From: Hydrolagus colliei
Taxonomy: Eukaryota
NCBI GenBank assembly: GCA_035084275.1
Contig: CM068757.1
Span: forward strand, 9,548,001 to 9,612,000
DNA: 64,000 bases
Direction of reading: 5' to 3'
In this document: positions 50,701 to 63,161 of the stretch, piece after piece
Layout: each line of letters begins with the position of its first letter
Numbering within the stretch: position 1 is the first letter of the stretch
Position numbers and translations under genes: made by a program
The notes under the pieces: model-generated
Told to the model about the DNA's origin: nothing
Databases searched by the model: none
The model's input: the letters and a program-made list of their open reading frames with translations, nothing else

Positions 50701-53700
50701 CTCCCATAATTACTGAATGGCCGGCAACCCCTGATATGACACATGGTGACACCTCCACTCTGAGTTGGTCAGTGACACGGTTCAATCCACGTCCCATTGT
50801 AATTGCTGTATTACTGAAGAGAAAAGGGGAGTCAAGATCACAGAAGCTGTGTTATTGGCAGATGGAGAAAGAACAACCAGCAGGAAATCAACCAGTAAAC
50901 ATTCCTGTTAGCCATGACACAAAGGATGACTCCATCAATCCAGAGATGGCAACGATTTTACAGGGAACAAATGGGACTTTCAGTATGAAATGCAGTGTTA
51001 CCATAAATGCTGATGTATCCAGGGATGATGGCGCTGAGTTCACTGTTGAAGTTCAACATGACGCTCTGGAGAATCCTCTCACTGAATCTGTAACATTACG
51101 CGTTAAAGGGGGTAAGTGCTGCCTCTGTCTGTTCTCTTCTCTCTCTCCCTCACACATCAGTGTAGAAATATTCAGGTGAAGGTGATGATTTTACAAACAG
51201 AGGAGTTTGAAATGATCTGTTAATCTCCAGAGTGAGCTTTGCGGCTGTGTGTGAAGAGAGGCCACATTATTCAGGGCTCCACAGTCACATGGTCAAAATT
51301 ATTTTGTACACAATAAATAATCTGGTGATTTCTGACAAATTTGTAACGTTAAAATATAAAATCGAATGTGTATATATGCACTCATATGGGTGTCAGCTCC
51401 GAGCATGAAGCACTCTAACCTCTCGTCCATAAGGTTGTGGGTTCACATCACATCAGGATCTGAACCTACAGTCGAGTAGGGACTTGTAATGAGGAAATTA
51501 AATGATAATATCTTAAAGAATTTGATTGTTGACAATGGTTTCAATTTCAAATAATAATTCCCTTTATTACCATCTAGGATGACACTGCAGTGTGTGCTGG
51601 GGGGGCTCTGTAATGCTGGAGTCTGTTATTTCAGATGTTAAACCATGATCTCATCTGGGTGTTCAGCTAAATGGCCGGCAACCCCTGATAAGACACACTT
51701 CAGCACTAAAACAATTTCTCCAGTGTTGTGTCCTTCATCTCTTGCTCTATGTGTATGTCTAGCTCTCTCTCTGTCTCCCTTTCCCCCTTTCTCTCTTCCT
51801 TTCTCTTGTAATCAGTCGGGATAAAATGTAGAATTTGAAATTATTTATTTGTCAAAAGGCCAGTGTGCACCCTGTCTGGGGGCAGCTCTTGCAGGTTACT
51901 GGAGGCTTAGACAGGCTGAGTGCTTATGATGGAGTTTAACATCACTCTACAGCTCCAGCCTGGTGTCCTCTGCCATGACTTGCAGGCTTTTCACTCGTTT
52001 CTGTGGATTCAGTTTCCAATTTGTATCTGACACAGACATGGACTTGAATGTTTTTATGTGGATTTGTCATTTTGTTTTGTAGTTCCTCCTAAAATTACAT
52101 TTCCAAATCAAAAGAAAATGAAACATGGTAAGAATGCTGAGCTGCAATGGACAGTGACTGGGTTCACTCCTGGGAAGATCTCGATTGTTTCCAGTCTTCG
52201 AAGGAAAGGAGAGGAAGTAAGACAACTGTTTCACTGGGAAATTCCAAATAAGGAAGCATTTCAAAGGAAGAGAATCCCCTGGAATCTTGAGGACAAATCA
52301 GAGAGATCCAACAATGTTGCCTCCTTCACTGCAGTGGTGCCTAAATGTGAACACGACACCAAAGAAGGAACCTTCAGAGTAAATTGCAAAATCAACATGA
52401 CTCCTGATGTGTCCACGGATGATGGAGCTGAATTAATTGTTCAGGTTCAGCATGAGGAATTTCCTGAGTTTGTCACTGACAGTTTAAAAATAAACATTGC
52501 TGGAGGTAGGTTCTGCCGTCAATATTGTGTCCTCTCTGTCCCATATGCTCTGTGGCAGTGTTTAGAATAAAGTAACAGTTTCCTCCACAATGGTTCAGCA
52601 ACTGAGATCACCACTCAGTGAAACCCAGAGCCTCTCAGTCCAGAAGGTGGCAGGATATGGCATCTGAGAAATCTCGTCATAGTGCTTAAGATTATCCAAA
52701 CCAGAGAGTTCATATGTGCCATCTACATGTGGAAATTTCCCTTTTTCCAGAATGGAATGCTCACAGTAGTAAACAAACGTGGATCAAGAACTTGACTAAT
52801 AGGACTACCTCAGGATTGATTTTACTCCGATATTGTCAAGTGCGTTATTGTTCAAACAGAGAGTGAGTTTGTCCCAGTGTCCTGGCCAACGATCCCCATT
52901 ATAAAATCTGTCACTTAATTCATCGCTATTTACAAAAGGTATGCATCCTGTTTACCTGTTACCAGAGAGCATCAGCTGCACGTTGGCAAGATACAAAGCT
53001 TGGAGGTCACAGAGTATGTGCTGGAATACTGTGGGAATTTAAGAAGGGAAATGCGCATAGTTTGCTATTTCTAGTTAGGACCACACCACCTGTTAAGGCT
53101 TTGGTTTGCAGGGTTAACAAGACCTGAATAGGTAGAATCCATGCTCTCAGTGACTGGTCTTGCTGTCCCAGGCCTGCTGATGAGCCAGGCCGACTGGTTT
53201 ATAATGCTGTGTACAAGTTGGCTGACACATTTGACTTCAAGTACAGAGCCAGTGAACTTCACACACAAATTTTGTGATGCGCTCTGAGACGTCTCAGTGA
53301 TGTGATAAGGTGTTATATCAGTTGCAAGAATTATAAGGATTATTAGAATGTTGTAGCCATCTTATCTCAGAGGAGATACTGCACACCTCTGTTCCCCCTC
53401 CCCCCAGGTGGGCTGAGTTGAGCTGAGGCAGTAGCTGTGCAGCTCTGTTTGGTCTCTGTGGGTGAATTGTCTGCCCACATTGATAGTCTGGGCTGAGACA
53501 TGAGAAACCCTGGTAATTAATAGAGAAAATAATCCAAGCTCACCTCCTGATCAGCACCTTGGATACCTCTCACCTTCACAATATCGGACAGGTCAGATCT
53601 CTGCAGCTGGGAAGTACACACACCACACAGAGGGTTTACAGGCTGAGTAACATTATTACAGAGTGTATGTTATACAGGACTCATTTACAGTTTGGTTCCA

Positions 53701-56700
53701 CTGGGTGCTGTGTTCATGAGTCCGTCCGGCACAGTTGGCAGTGCTCTTGTCTCTGTGTCAGAAGGTATTGAGTTCAAGCCCCACATTGACACACTGGCTG
53801 TCACTCCAGTGCAGTGCTGCAATGCTTATATTGTGTTTCTGTTTGATAGCTCCTCCTCAAATTTGTGGACCTTATCCACCCGGGAAAAGTCTGCATGCTG
53901 TGAAAGACACAGTGACATGTGTAGTTATTGGTTTCACTCCTGGGAAAATGACCATAATTTTCAGCCTGAAGAGGAACGGGCAGCAACAGCAAATACAACG
54001 ACTGTTTCACTGGGAAATTCCCAACAAGGAAATATTTCAAGAGTCGATAGGAGGAGCTTTTCCTCTGCAGGACCGATCGGATAGAGACAATAAAGATGCG
54101 TCCTTCACTGCTTTGGTGCCAAAGTGTGAACCTCTTGGCGATGGGACTTTCAGAGTAATTTGCATCATTGATATGATTCCTGATATTGATATGGATAATG
54201 GAGCTGAATTATCTGTTGAGGTTCATCATGATGTTATTGTTGGCTCTCTCACTAATACTGCAATATTACTCATTACTCCAGGTAGGTTCCTCGATCATTG
54301 TTGTGTCTCTCTGTCTCTGTGACAATGTTTAGGACATTGTAATGATTTGCTCCCCGATGGCCCAGCAGCTGAGGTCATTGCTCAGTACAGGGTTGAGTCG
54401 AGTCTCTCAGGCCAGAAGCTCTGAGATTCGAGTTCTGGTCTGGGAGCTGATCTGAGCTGACCTGGGCCAGTAGCTGTGCTGGTCCGTTTGTATGTCAGCC
54501 TGGAGGTTTGGTAGCACTTTTGCCTCTGACTCAGAAGGTTGTGAGTTTAAGCCCCACGTCAGGACTTGGAATCACATCGTCTAAGCTGACACTCACTCCA
54601 ACGCAGTGCTGGATGTCTGTGCATTATCGGTGGTGCCGTCCGTTAAATGAGATGTTAAACTGACGTTCTACCCGCTAGTTCAGGTAGACATTGTAGATCC
54701 CATAGCGCTATTCAAAAAGAAAAGGGAAGTTTCTTCAATCCCACAACTAACATAGGTCACTCATCCCATGGTTGTTTCTGGGACATTACAGTATGCAAAC
54801 TGGTTGCTGTGTTCGCCAACAAAATATGCAGTGAATCCACTTCACAGTATAACCTGTGTAGCACTTTGAGACATAATAAGGTCTATTTCAAATGATAGGA
54901 TATTAGAGAATATAATCAAAGCTCACGATCACCACAGTGGATATCTCTCACCTCAGATGTATCAGGTCTCAGATGAGATCTCTGCAACTGGGAAGCAACA
55001 GCCTTAATGCAGTGTGCACAGTATGCAGAGGATAAGACCATAAGATTTAGGAGCAGCAGTAGGCCATTAGGCCTCTCGAGCCTGCCACGCCATTCAATAA
55101 GATCATGGCTGATGTTCTAATCTAACTCCACCTGCCCACCTTATCCCTTAAAACCTTTATTCATAAGAAATCTATCAGGATGTAAGTACTCGGTGTACAT
55201 TTTACAGGATGTTGTAGTTTTTTCTGGGGCAGCTCTATTGCAGGTTGATGGAGAGATGTTGGGGCTCGGTGGTCGTGGTGCAGCTTAACGCCAGGCTACA
55301 GCATTGTCTGCTGTCCTCAGGAATAATGCGCACATCTGTCTGAAGGTTTGCAGCAGATTTGGATTGTAAATATTGTGTGAAGCAATGCGTGGGTGGTGCA
55401 GTGTGTCCTGTAACGGGAATATAATCTACATTTGCTGCTTGTGTTTGTTTTATAGCTTCTCCCACAATTACTAAAATCCAGGTCCCCCCGAATATTAAGC
55501 ACGGTGCCACCTACACTCTGAATTGGTCAGTGACTGGGTTCCATCCATGGGCCATTGTAATTGGTGTAAAACTGAAGAGAGGAGGGGAGACGAAAGAAAA
55601 GAAGCTGTTCAAGTGGAAGACGACAGAGAAAATTCCACCACCTGGAGTGATGCCAGTAAGGATCCCTATTGAATCCCAATCAAAGGATGATCTCATCACT
55701 TCTGAGGAGGCGATGATTATACAGGAGAAAACTGGCAATTTCAGAGTGAACTGCAGTGTTACCATGGTTCCTGATCTATCCAGCGATGATGGCGCTGAGT
55801 TCATTGTTGAAGTTAAACATCAGAACAAAGCGCTCACCGAAAAAGTAACATTACACGTTAAAGGCGGTAAGTGCTGACACTGTCTGGTCTCCACACTCTC
55901 TCCCTTGCACATCACTGTAGAAATGTTCTGCTGAATGCAATGACTTTAACAACGAGAAGAGTTTGAAATGATCTGTAAGTCTCGAGTGAACATTGAGGCT
56001 GTGTGTGACGAGAGGGCTTGATTCTATTCATTTATTATTAATCCATGACTGTTTGTGGGACACTGCCATACGCAATTGGCTGCTGCCTTTTGCCCACAAA
56101 TATACAGTGAATTCACTTTGCAGTACCGTATATCTCCGCATATAAGGCGCACTTTTTTTCAGGTCGGAAGATCTCGAAAGTGGGGGGTGCGCCCTATACA
56201 CAGGTACAAGCAATTTTGAGCCTCGGAGATACAGTAAACAGGAGGGGCGGCCGGCGCGCTGTCAGCCGGGGTTTGGTCAGTGTCCGGCGGGGGTTGGGAG
56301 GAGCGGGTGACGGGGCTTCGACCTCGGCCGCCCGGGCAGCGGCAGCAGCAGCGGACTTCAGTGCTGTGCATACCTTCTGCCGAACCCAGTCTGCCTCACT
56401 CCCTGCCGCTCTCCCCCTCTCTCTCTCCCGGGCTGCCGGCCTGCCGCTCTCCCCCCCCTCGCTCTCCTGGGCTGATGGCCTGCCTCTCTCCCCCCCTCTC
56501 TCTCCCGGGCTGCCGGCTGCCTCTCTCTCTCTCTCTCTCCCTCTCTCTCTCTCTCCCGGGCTGCCGGCCTGCCTCTCCCTCTCTCTCTCCCGGGCTGACG
56601 GCCTGCCTCTCTCCCTCTCTCCCTCCCTGGCTACCTGGCTGCCTGCCTCTCTCTCTCTCTCTCTCCCTACCTCCCTTCTGCCGACAATATCATTGAAAAT

Positions 56701-59700
56701 GTTTCCGTTTTTTTTCACCAAGAAAAGGTCAAAAACGAGGGGTGCGCCTTATACGCGGAGATATATGGTACATTCTGTGAAGAGCTTTGAGATGTCTAGA
56801 AGACATGAGAAGCACTGTATCAAATGCATTATTATTATAAGTCACGTCACAGGCAGATGTTCAATGGGGATTTATTATTTTATACATGGTGGTAAATAAT
56901 CTGGTGATTTCTAGGAAATATTTAATATTAAAACACGATATCTTACACCATTATATATGCATAACTATGGGTGTCAGCTCTGAGCATGTTATCCTGTTGT
57001 CCCTTGTCCAGAAGGTTGTGGGTTCACATCATATCAGGACCTGAACTTCCAGTCTAGTGCAGAGACTTGTAATAAGGAAATGAGTGGATCATATCTTATA
57101 AGGAATTTAATTGTTGATGGTTTCAATTTCAAATGACAGTTTCCTTTATTGTAGACTTTCTCAAGTCAATGGATATACTAGTACTAGGCAGTATAGTATC
57201 TAGATAAAGTAGTGCCTAACTCAGGAGAAGCAACCGTGATCAGTTACCCATCGCTTGGGAGAACTCAGGCATTCTCTTACTTATCAGTTTATTTTCCTCG
57301 TCTCCCTCTCTCTCCCTCTCTCTCTCTCCCACGTTAGCAGTCCATACTTATATGCAGCCTGTTTCAGGAATGTCTCATCGTTAACTCCAAACGTTCCAAG
57401 TTTGTTCCCAGGTGCAAGGTACATAACTGAAATTATAAACACCCGTACATTAAGTTTGCTCATCTTGCTCATTATGCACTTGATGTACCAAGAAACAATA
57501 TCTGTGAGATCAGTCAGCTTTTTAAGATTGGGGATTTGAACAAAATCAACAGTATCTGTGAGTTGAATTAGCTCGTGTCTCCTGAAAGTTGTTTTCTCAC
57601 ACTCAATTTTCAGTTATTCTTTACCCAAGATTACGCCTTGTACGAGAATCAAACCTGACTTGAGACACAAGTGCTCTAACCACTGCCCTACAGGACTAAA
57701 ACAATCTTGAATTTTGGTGTAGATCCATATCATGTCTAGAGGACTATCTCAAAGTGCCTCACAAGATTCAAAGTGAAATGGAGTAACTGTATCAGTAGAC
57801 AAATGTGGCTTCACGATAGCACACAGCAATGTCTCACAAACAGTGATGGAGTGAGTGATCAATTGTATTTGGGTATTTGATGGCCAAAACACCAGAAGAA
57901 CTTTGTTCGCTTTTTGAGTAATGCCACATGTGCTTTAATGTCCACCGGAAGAGGCAGGTGGTACTTCGGATTAACATCCATTCGTGGGATGTATCTGTGC
58001 AGCTGGGAAGGAACAGCCTTAATATTGTCAACACATTGTGTAGAGGATATAAAGACTTCAAGTAACATATTACAGTGTGAACGTTTTACAGGATGATGAT
58101 GCAGTTGTGTCTGGGGGCAGCTCTGTTGCAGGTTGATGGGGAGGGGATGGGGTTCTGTGGTCAGGGTGTAGAAATATCACTGTAGAAATATCGAGGTGAA
58201 GAATGGCTTTATTCACAGCTTCACACTCACATGGTCAAAGGAGGTTTATTATATTGTACACAGTAAATAATTGGTGATTTCTGACAAGAATGTAATATTA
58301 TAATATTAAAACCATTATATATGCATGTACTGTATATGGATGTGAGCTCAGAGCATGTAGCATCTCTTGTCAGAAGGTTGTGGGATCGCATCACATCAGG
58401 ACCTGAACTTACAGTCTGGCATGACACTGTGCAGTGTGTGCTGGGGGAGGCCTGTAATCCTGGAGGTGCCATCTTTTGGTTGAGGTGTTGAACCGCTGTC
58501 CCGTCTGCCTGTTCAGCTAAACGTTAAAATTCCTACAGCACGATCAAAAAGAGAAGGGAGTTTCTCCCATTGTCTTGGCCTCTATATATATCTCTCCGGC
58601 TGTGTGTGCGAATCTCTCTCTTTGTGTCTCTCTATCGCTATATCTCTCATTATCTCGCTCATTCCCACTTTCTTCTTTTCTCTCGTATTTATTTAGGGAA
58701 AAATTTAGAACTTTATTATTCATTTGAATAATGAAATTATTAAATTATTCATTTGTTGAAAGGCCAGTGTTCACCCTGTCTGAGGGCAGCTATTGTATGT
58801 TACTGGAGGCTCAGACAGGCTGTGTGCTAATGATATAGTTTAACATCACTCTGCACCTCCAGCCTGGTGCCTTCTGCCATGACATGCAGGCTTTTCACTT
58901 GTTTCTGTGGATTTTGTTTCTAGTTTGAGTCTGACACAGACATAGACTAGAAATGTGGTTGTCTATAGCACACAGGTGTTTCCCACAAATATTCCCGGAT
59001 TGAGTGACCAGATTATTATATTTGTTTAGCTATTATGTGCTGCAGAGAGTGATTGGCCAATCCATGAACCATCTAACATCTGCTTACTGCTGGGTAAACA
59101 GAAGCATGTGGAATAATGAAATTTTTGCCCTCGTTAAGTGAAAATTTCATTAGGCGGGAGGGAGGTCCCTACTGTGTTTCTGTGCATGAAGATAATCAGT
59201 TTCATTCCCAGTAATGCCTTGCTCTTAGCCTAGCGCCTAGCGCTACTAATTGCGGTGTACCAACGACGCATAAGGCAGGTAGAACTGCTATTGGAGAGAG
59301 ACTGGGAGTTAGGGAATGGCGATATGGGATTTTTGCGGATATGGATATATCGGTTTGCTCATACCTGCTTAAACCGATCTATCGAGTTTTTGTACTGCGC
59401 ATGCGCGTGCATTCGAAGTGCGCGTGCATTGATGGCGCGCGCGCATTTATGGTGCGCGCTCAGTCGCGGTGCGCGCGCATTGACGGTGCGTCCGCACTGA
59501 CGATGCGCGCACAGTCGCGGTGCACGCACATTTCGAAATGCGTGCTCTAGGTCCAGAAAGTTTGTAATGTTGTTGTCAAGGTCTGTTGATTTATACGATG
59601 TTGTTTGCTCCCTACCTCCCCCTCTCCTTCTCTCCCTCCTCTCCTCTCTCCTTCNNNNNNNNNNNNNNNNNNNNNNNNNNNNNNNNNNNNNNNNNNNNNN

Positions 59701-62504
59701 NNNNNNNNNNNNNNNNNNNNNNNNNNNNNNNNNNNNNNNNNNNNNNNNNNNNNNNNNNNNNNNNNNNNNNNNNNNNNNNNNNNNNNNNNNNNNNNNNNNN
59801 NNNNNNNNNNNNNNNNNNNNNNNNNNNNNNNNNNNNNNNNNNNNNNNNNNNNNNNNNNNNNNNNNNNNNNNNNNNNNNNNTCCCCTCGCTCCTTCTCTCC
59901 CTCCTTTCCCCCTCTCCTTCTCTCCCTCCCTCTCCTCTCTTCCTCTCTCCTTCTCTCCCAACTTTCCCCCTCTCCTTATCTCCCTCCACCTCTAAACACA
60001 AAATAGAACACACACACACCAAAAACAAAATCTAGAGATTTATTCTCCTCCATTTCTTGCTTGAAACTAGCATGTAATGTCCACGTGTAAATGAGATCTA
60101 TTACAATAGAAAAGAGAGAGACAGACAGTCTGACTGTTAGTTAGAAGCCAGATTATCACTGCTGTGTGTGTCTGACTAGACCCACACATAGAAACAGTGA
60201 TAATCTGGCTTCTAACTCTCTCCCACACAAAAATAACACTTACAGCCACAAAATGCCACTTATTTTTATGTAGTCTGAAGTCTGAATTAATGTCCTTCGC
60301 CATTGGCAAGCTCTCCTTTGCTATGCAAAAAGTGACAGCGTTCGTGATACTTTGCCACTTTTTGTCCCCTCTCTGGTACAATGTTCTCTCCTCTTAAATA
60401 AAGCAGGAATTGTTTGAGCTGCACTGGCCCCACTACCTGTCGCTTTCTCCGAAGCGCTGGTTCGACTTCCTGCTGTTGTCGACAATGATTTCGCTCTGAG
60501 GGCAGCGTGCTGGGCGGGGTGGTGCTGCTTAATGTGTTGTCGCAGGTTGCTCGTGCTCGAATCAGATGTCTTAACCAAGACCTTGCAAACTGTACATCTA
60601 TACACACCATTACTGACTGCATTGTTTTCAAAGTAGTCCCATACGGGGCTTCTTTTCCCCATGATGAGAAAGGTAAATTTTCAAACTACAATTTTCAGCG
60701 ATGCCACTTTGTTAACACGCCACGACTCACGTCGAGTATACACGGTAAAGTGTGCGCGCGCATCGGATGTGCGTGCCCGTTAATTGTGCGCGCGCACCGA
60801 ATGTACGCGCATTCCATGCTCTAGATCTAGGAGGTTGCAATGCCGGCGACAAGGTAAGCTGGAAAAGATCGCATTACACTGATAATACCAACAATATTGA
60901 TATATTGCCAGGAACGATATTAAAAATATATCGATGTATATTTTTAAAATCGAATCTCTCGATATAACAGTTTTTTTAGAATCACCATATCGGCATACCG
61001 ATCTGAAAATCATATCGGGTTTAATCGAAAAACCGATTAATCGCCGTTCCCTACTGTGAGTGAGATTGTGACAGTGAGAAACTCAGAGAGAGAGAGAGAA
61101 AGAGACACAGAGAGAGAGACTGGGTCAGAGATAGAAATAGAGAGAGAGAGATCGCGACCGAGACAGACAGAGAGAGAGAAAGAGACACAGAGAGAGAAAT
61201 AGAGAGAGAGAGACACACAGAGGGAGACTGAGACAGAGAGAGAGAGAGATGGAGAAAGAGAGAGACAGGGAGAGGGAGAAACAGACAGACAGAGAGAGAG
61301 AATGTAGCTTGTATCGCTTTTGGAAATGATCAAGCCGCCCGCTGCTAGCAGTAAAAGTCTCCGCTGGCTTTTTCACAGTAGCGTCATATAGTTGCCTAGC
61401 ATCCTGCTGCTTAACCTCCTCTCATACTGCACTGCTTTCTCTTGGATTAGGTGGCATGCTGAACTAAGTGTGTGTATGTATGTAGCTTCCTCGACTGAGA
61501 CTGCGCTTGTGTTGCGGAGGCTGCCGGGAGACGAGAAGCGCGCAAAATTTAAACTTTCTTTATAGCGAGCACAGCCTTCACTAAGCGCATGGGGGGGTAC
61601 AAATAGAAACCATCTTTATAGTGAAGTTTCATTAACAGGGCGTGTGTTAAGCGGGGGCTGCCTGAAGTGACACAGGATTCCTTAACATCCACCTGTGGAG
61701 GCAGATAGGACTTTGGTTTAAAATCTCATCTGTGGGACGTGTCTGTCGTGGGAAGGAACAACCTCAATACTGTCAGCACATCGTGCATGTATTGTAAAGA
61801 CTAGTGTAAAGAGTAACAGTGTGAATATTTTACAGGATGTGTAGTTGTGCCTGGGGGCAGCTCTGTTGCAGGTTGATGGGGACGTGATGGGCTCTGTGGT
61901 CAGGGTCCAGCTTAACACCAGCCTGCAACATCGTCTGCTGTCCTCAGCAATAGTGTGCAGCTCTGGATGTCTGAAGCTTTGCTGCAGATTTAGATTGTAA
62001 ATTGTGTGTGAAGCAATGTGTGAGGCAGTGTCGTGTGTCCTGTAGCTGGAATATAATCTTGACATGCTGCTTGTGATTGTTTTGTAGACCCTCCCACAAT
62101 TACTGAAGTCAATATACCCTCTGATATTAAACACGGAGCCCAAACCACTCTGAGCTGGTCAGTGACTGGGTTCAATCCACGGCCCATTGTAATTGGTGTA
62201 TTCCTGAAAGAATGGGAGCAGAACGCACAGCTGCTGTTTTGTTGGCAAACAACAGAGAAAACACAAGCAGAAAGAAAGAAGTCAGTGAAGATTCCAGGAA
62301 GCTCTGACAGAAACAATGTCGCCATCACTTCGAAGGAGGCAACGATTGAACGGGAGGCAACTGGGAATTTCAGGGTGAAGTGCAGTGTTACCATGGTTGC
62401 TGATATATTCAGGGACAATGGTGCCGAGTTCATTATTCAAGTTGAACATCAGGCTATTCTTGGGAAACCTCTCACCAAATCTGTACCACTACACGTTAAA
62501 GGGG
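38623..62504 (+). CDS. NCR3LG1: Gene B (3' partial): B7-H6/NCR3LG1-like type I membrane protein, L-V-C1-TM-(C1-like)x7 or more
   Basis: Ten phase-compatible open exons in order; V and C1 domains resemble B7-H6 (symbol means NCR3LG1-like, not proven orthologue). Confidence 0.8.
39277..41150 (-). mobile_element. 5'-truncated CR1-clade LINE, frameshifted, in intron 1 of gene B
   Basis: ORFs 39472..40089 (GVPPGSVLGP, FVDDTKLGG, FNVGKC, RDLGV), 40192..40539 and 40499..40807 (KSPGPDGLHP); absent from the paralogous block at 28650. Confidence 0.85.
41393..42600 (-). mobile_element. Degenerate L2 LINE (further fragment about 42790-43140)
   Basis: MYADDTQLYL, SRLDNGNSLL and [13 protein letters not shown] in frameshifted ORFs; (AAC)n tail at 41393. 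Confidence 0.8.
43496..43831 (+). CDS. NCR3LG1: Gene B IgV exon, B7-H6-like
   Basis: LNEDVVLECNV...AVEW...[41 protein letters not shown] parallels human B7-H6 as recalled (LNDNVTIFCNI...[41 protein letters not shown]). acacag acceptor, g|gtaagt donor, 336 nt. Confidence 0.9.
45340..45750 (+). mobile_element. CR1 3' fragment
   Basis: Ends in gggccaaatggccaccttcc, the CR1 3' hairpin-type motif also seen (reverse) near 39300. Confidence 0.55.
46471..46920 (+). CDS. NCR3LG1: Gene B IgC1 + transmembrane exon
   Basis: LTCDVNEFYP...ISW...NKDSTFSVSSKL...YRCVVQH, then hydrophobic GAVIGGVIGVVLMVIVVFVLAALYFW and basic KKTKQ; ctctacag acceptor, g|gtaagg donor; 450 nt. Confidence 0.9.
47344..47763 (+). 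CDS. Gene B exon D1, first post-TM C1-derived domain
   Basis: ccacag acceptor, g|gtaaga donor, 420 nt, open; LRWEVTGFKP...FRVRC...QITMQVHH. Confidence 0.85.
49407..49814 (+). CDS. Gene B exon D2
   Basis: 408 nt, open, AG/GT; paralog of 500-907. Confidence 0.85.
50698..51111 (+). CDS. Gene B exon D3
   Basis: 414 nt, open, AG/GT; 9 nt longer than the gene A copy (in-frame). Confidence 0.85.
52083..52505 (+). CDS. Gene B exon D4
   Basis: 423 nt, open, AG/GT. Confidence 0.85.
53850..54281 (+). CDS. Gene B exon D5
   Basis: 432 nt, open, AG/GT. Confidence 0.85.
55456..55866 (+). CDS. Gene B exon D6
   Basis: 411 nt, open, AG/GT. Confidence 0.85.
56126..56768. mobile_element. Complete Tc1/mariner-pogo type MITE inserted in a SINE
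   Basis: TA TSD; TIRs CCGTATATCTCCGCATATAAGGCGCAC / GTGCGCCTTATACGCGGAGATATATGG. Confidence 0.85.
59129..61664 (-). mobile_element. Tigger-like element, gene B copy: left TIR deleted, interrupted by a hAT insertion
   Basis: Junction atttttgccc|tcgttaag removes the left end; right TIR ends at 61664. Confidence 0.8.
59310..61053 (-). mobile_element. Non-autonomous hAT (ZBED1/Ac-like) element with BED zinc-finger remnant; contains N gap 59655-59880
   Basis: 14-bp TIRs TAGGGAATGGCGAT / ATCGCCGTTCCCTA; 8-bp TSD CTGGGAGT/CTGTGAGT. ORF 60321..60662: RSPVWDYF...CTVC...STSNLRQHIKQHHP, continued after a frameshift by KKWQSITNAVTFCIAKESLP. Confidence 0.9.
62088..62504 (+). CDS. Gene B exon D7
   Basis: 417 nt, open, AG/GT; 3 nt shorter than D7a-c (in-frame). 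Confidence 0.85.
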
Positions 62505-63161
62505 GTAAGTGCTGCCTCTGTCTGGTCTCCTCTCTCTCCCTCACACATCACTGTAGAAATACTGAGGTGAAGAGTGGCTTTATTCACGGCTCCACACTCA
62601 CATGGTCAAAGGGGATTTATTATATTTTACGCAGTAAATTATTGGTGATTTCTGACAAATATGTAATATTATAATATAATATTGAAACCATTGTATAGTC
62701 ATAAATATGGGTATGAGCTCAGTGCATGTAGCATCTCTTGTCAGAAGGTTGTGGGATCGCATCACATCAGGACCTGAACTTACAGTCTGGCATGACACTG
62801 TGCAGTGTGTGCTGGGGGAGGCCTGTAATCCTGGAGGTGCCGTCTTTTGGTTGAGGTGTTGAACCGCTGTCCCGTCTGCCTGTTCCGCTAAACGTTAAAA
62901 TTCCTACAGCACGATCAAAAAGAGAAGGGAGTTTCTCCCTTTGTCTTGGCCTCTCCGGCTGTGTGTATGTCTCTCTTTATGTCTCTCTCTTGCTATCTCT
63001 CTCGTTCGGTCTCTCATTCCCAAATCCTATCGACCTTTCTCTTGTATTTATTTCGGATATAATGTAGAACGTTAAGTTATTTATTTGTCAGTGTGCAATT
63101 TGTCTGGGGGCAGCGTTTGCAGGTTACTGGAGGCTCAGACAGGCTGTGTGCAAATGATGTA

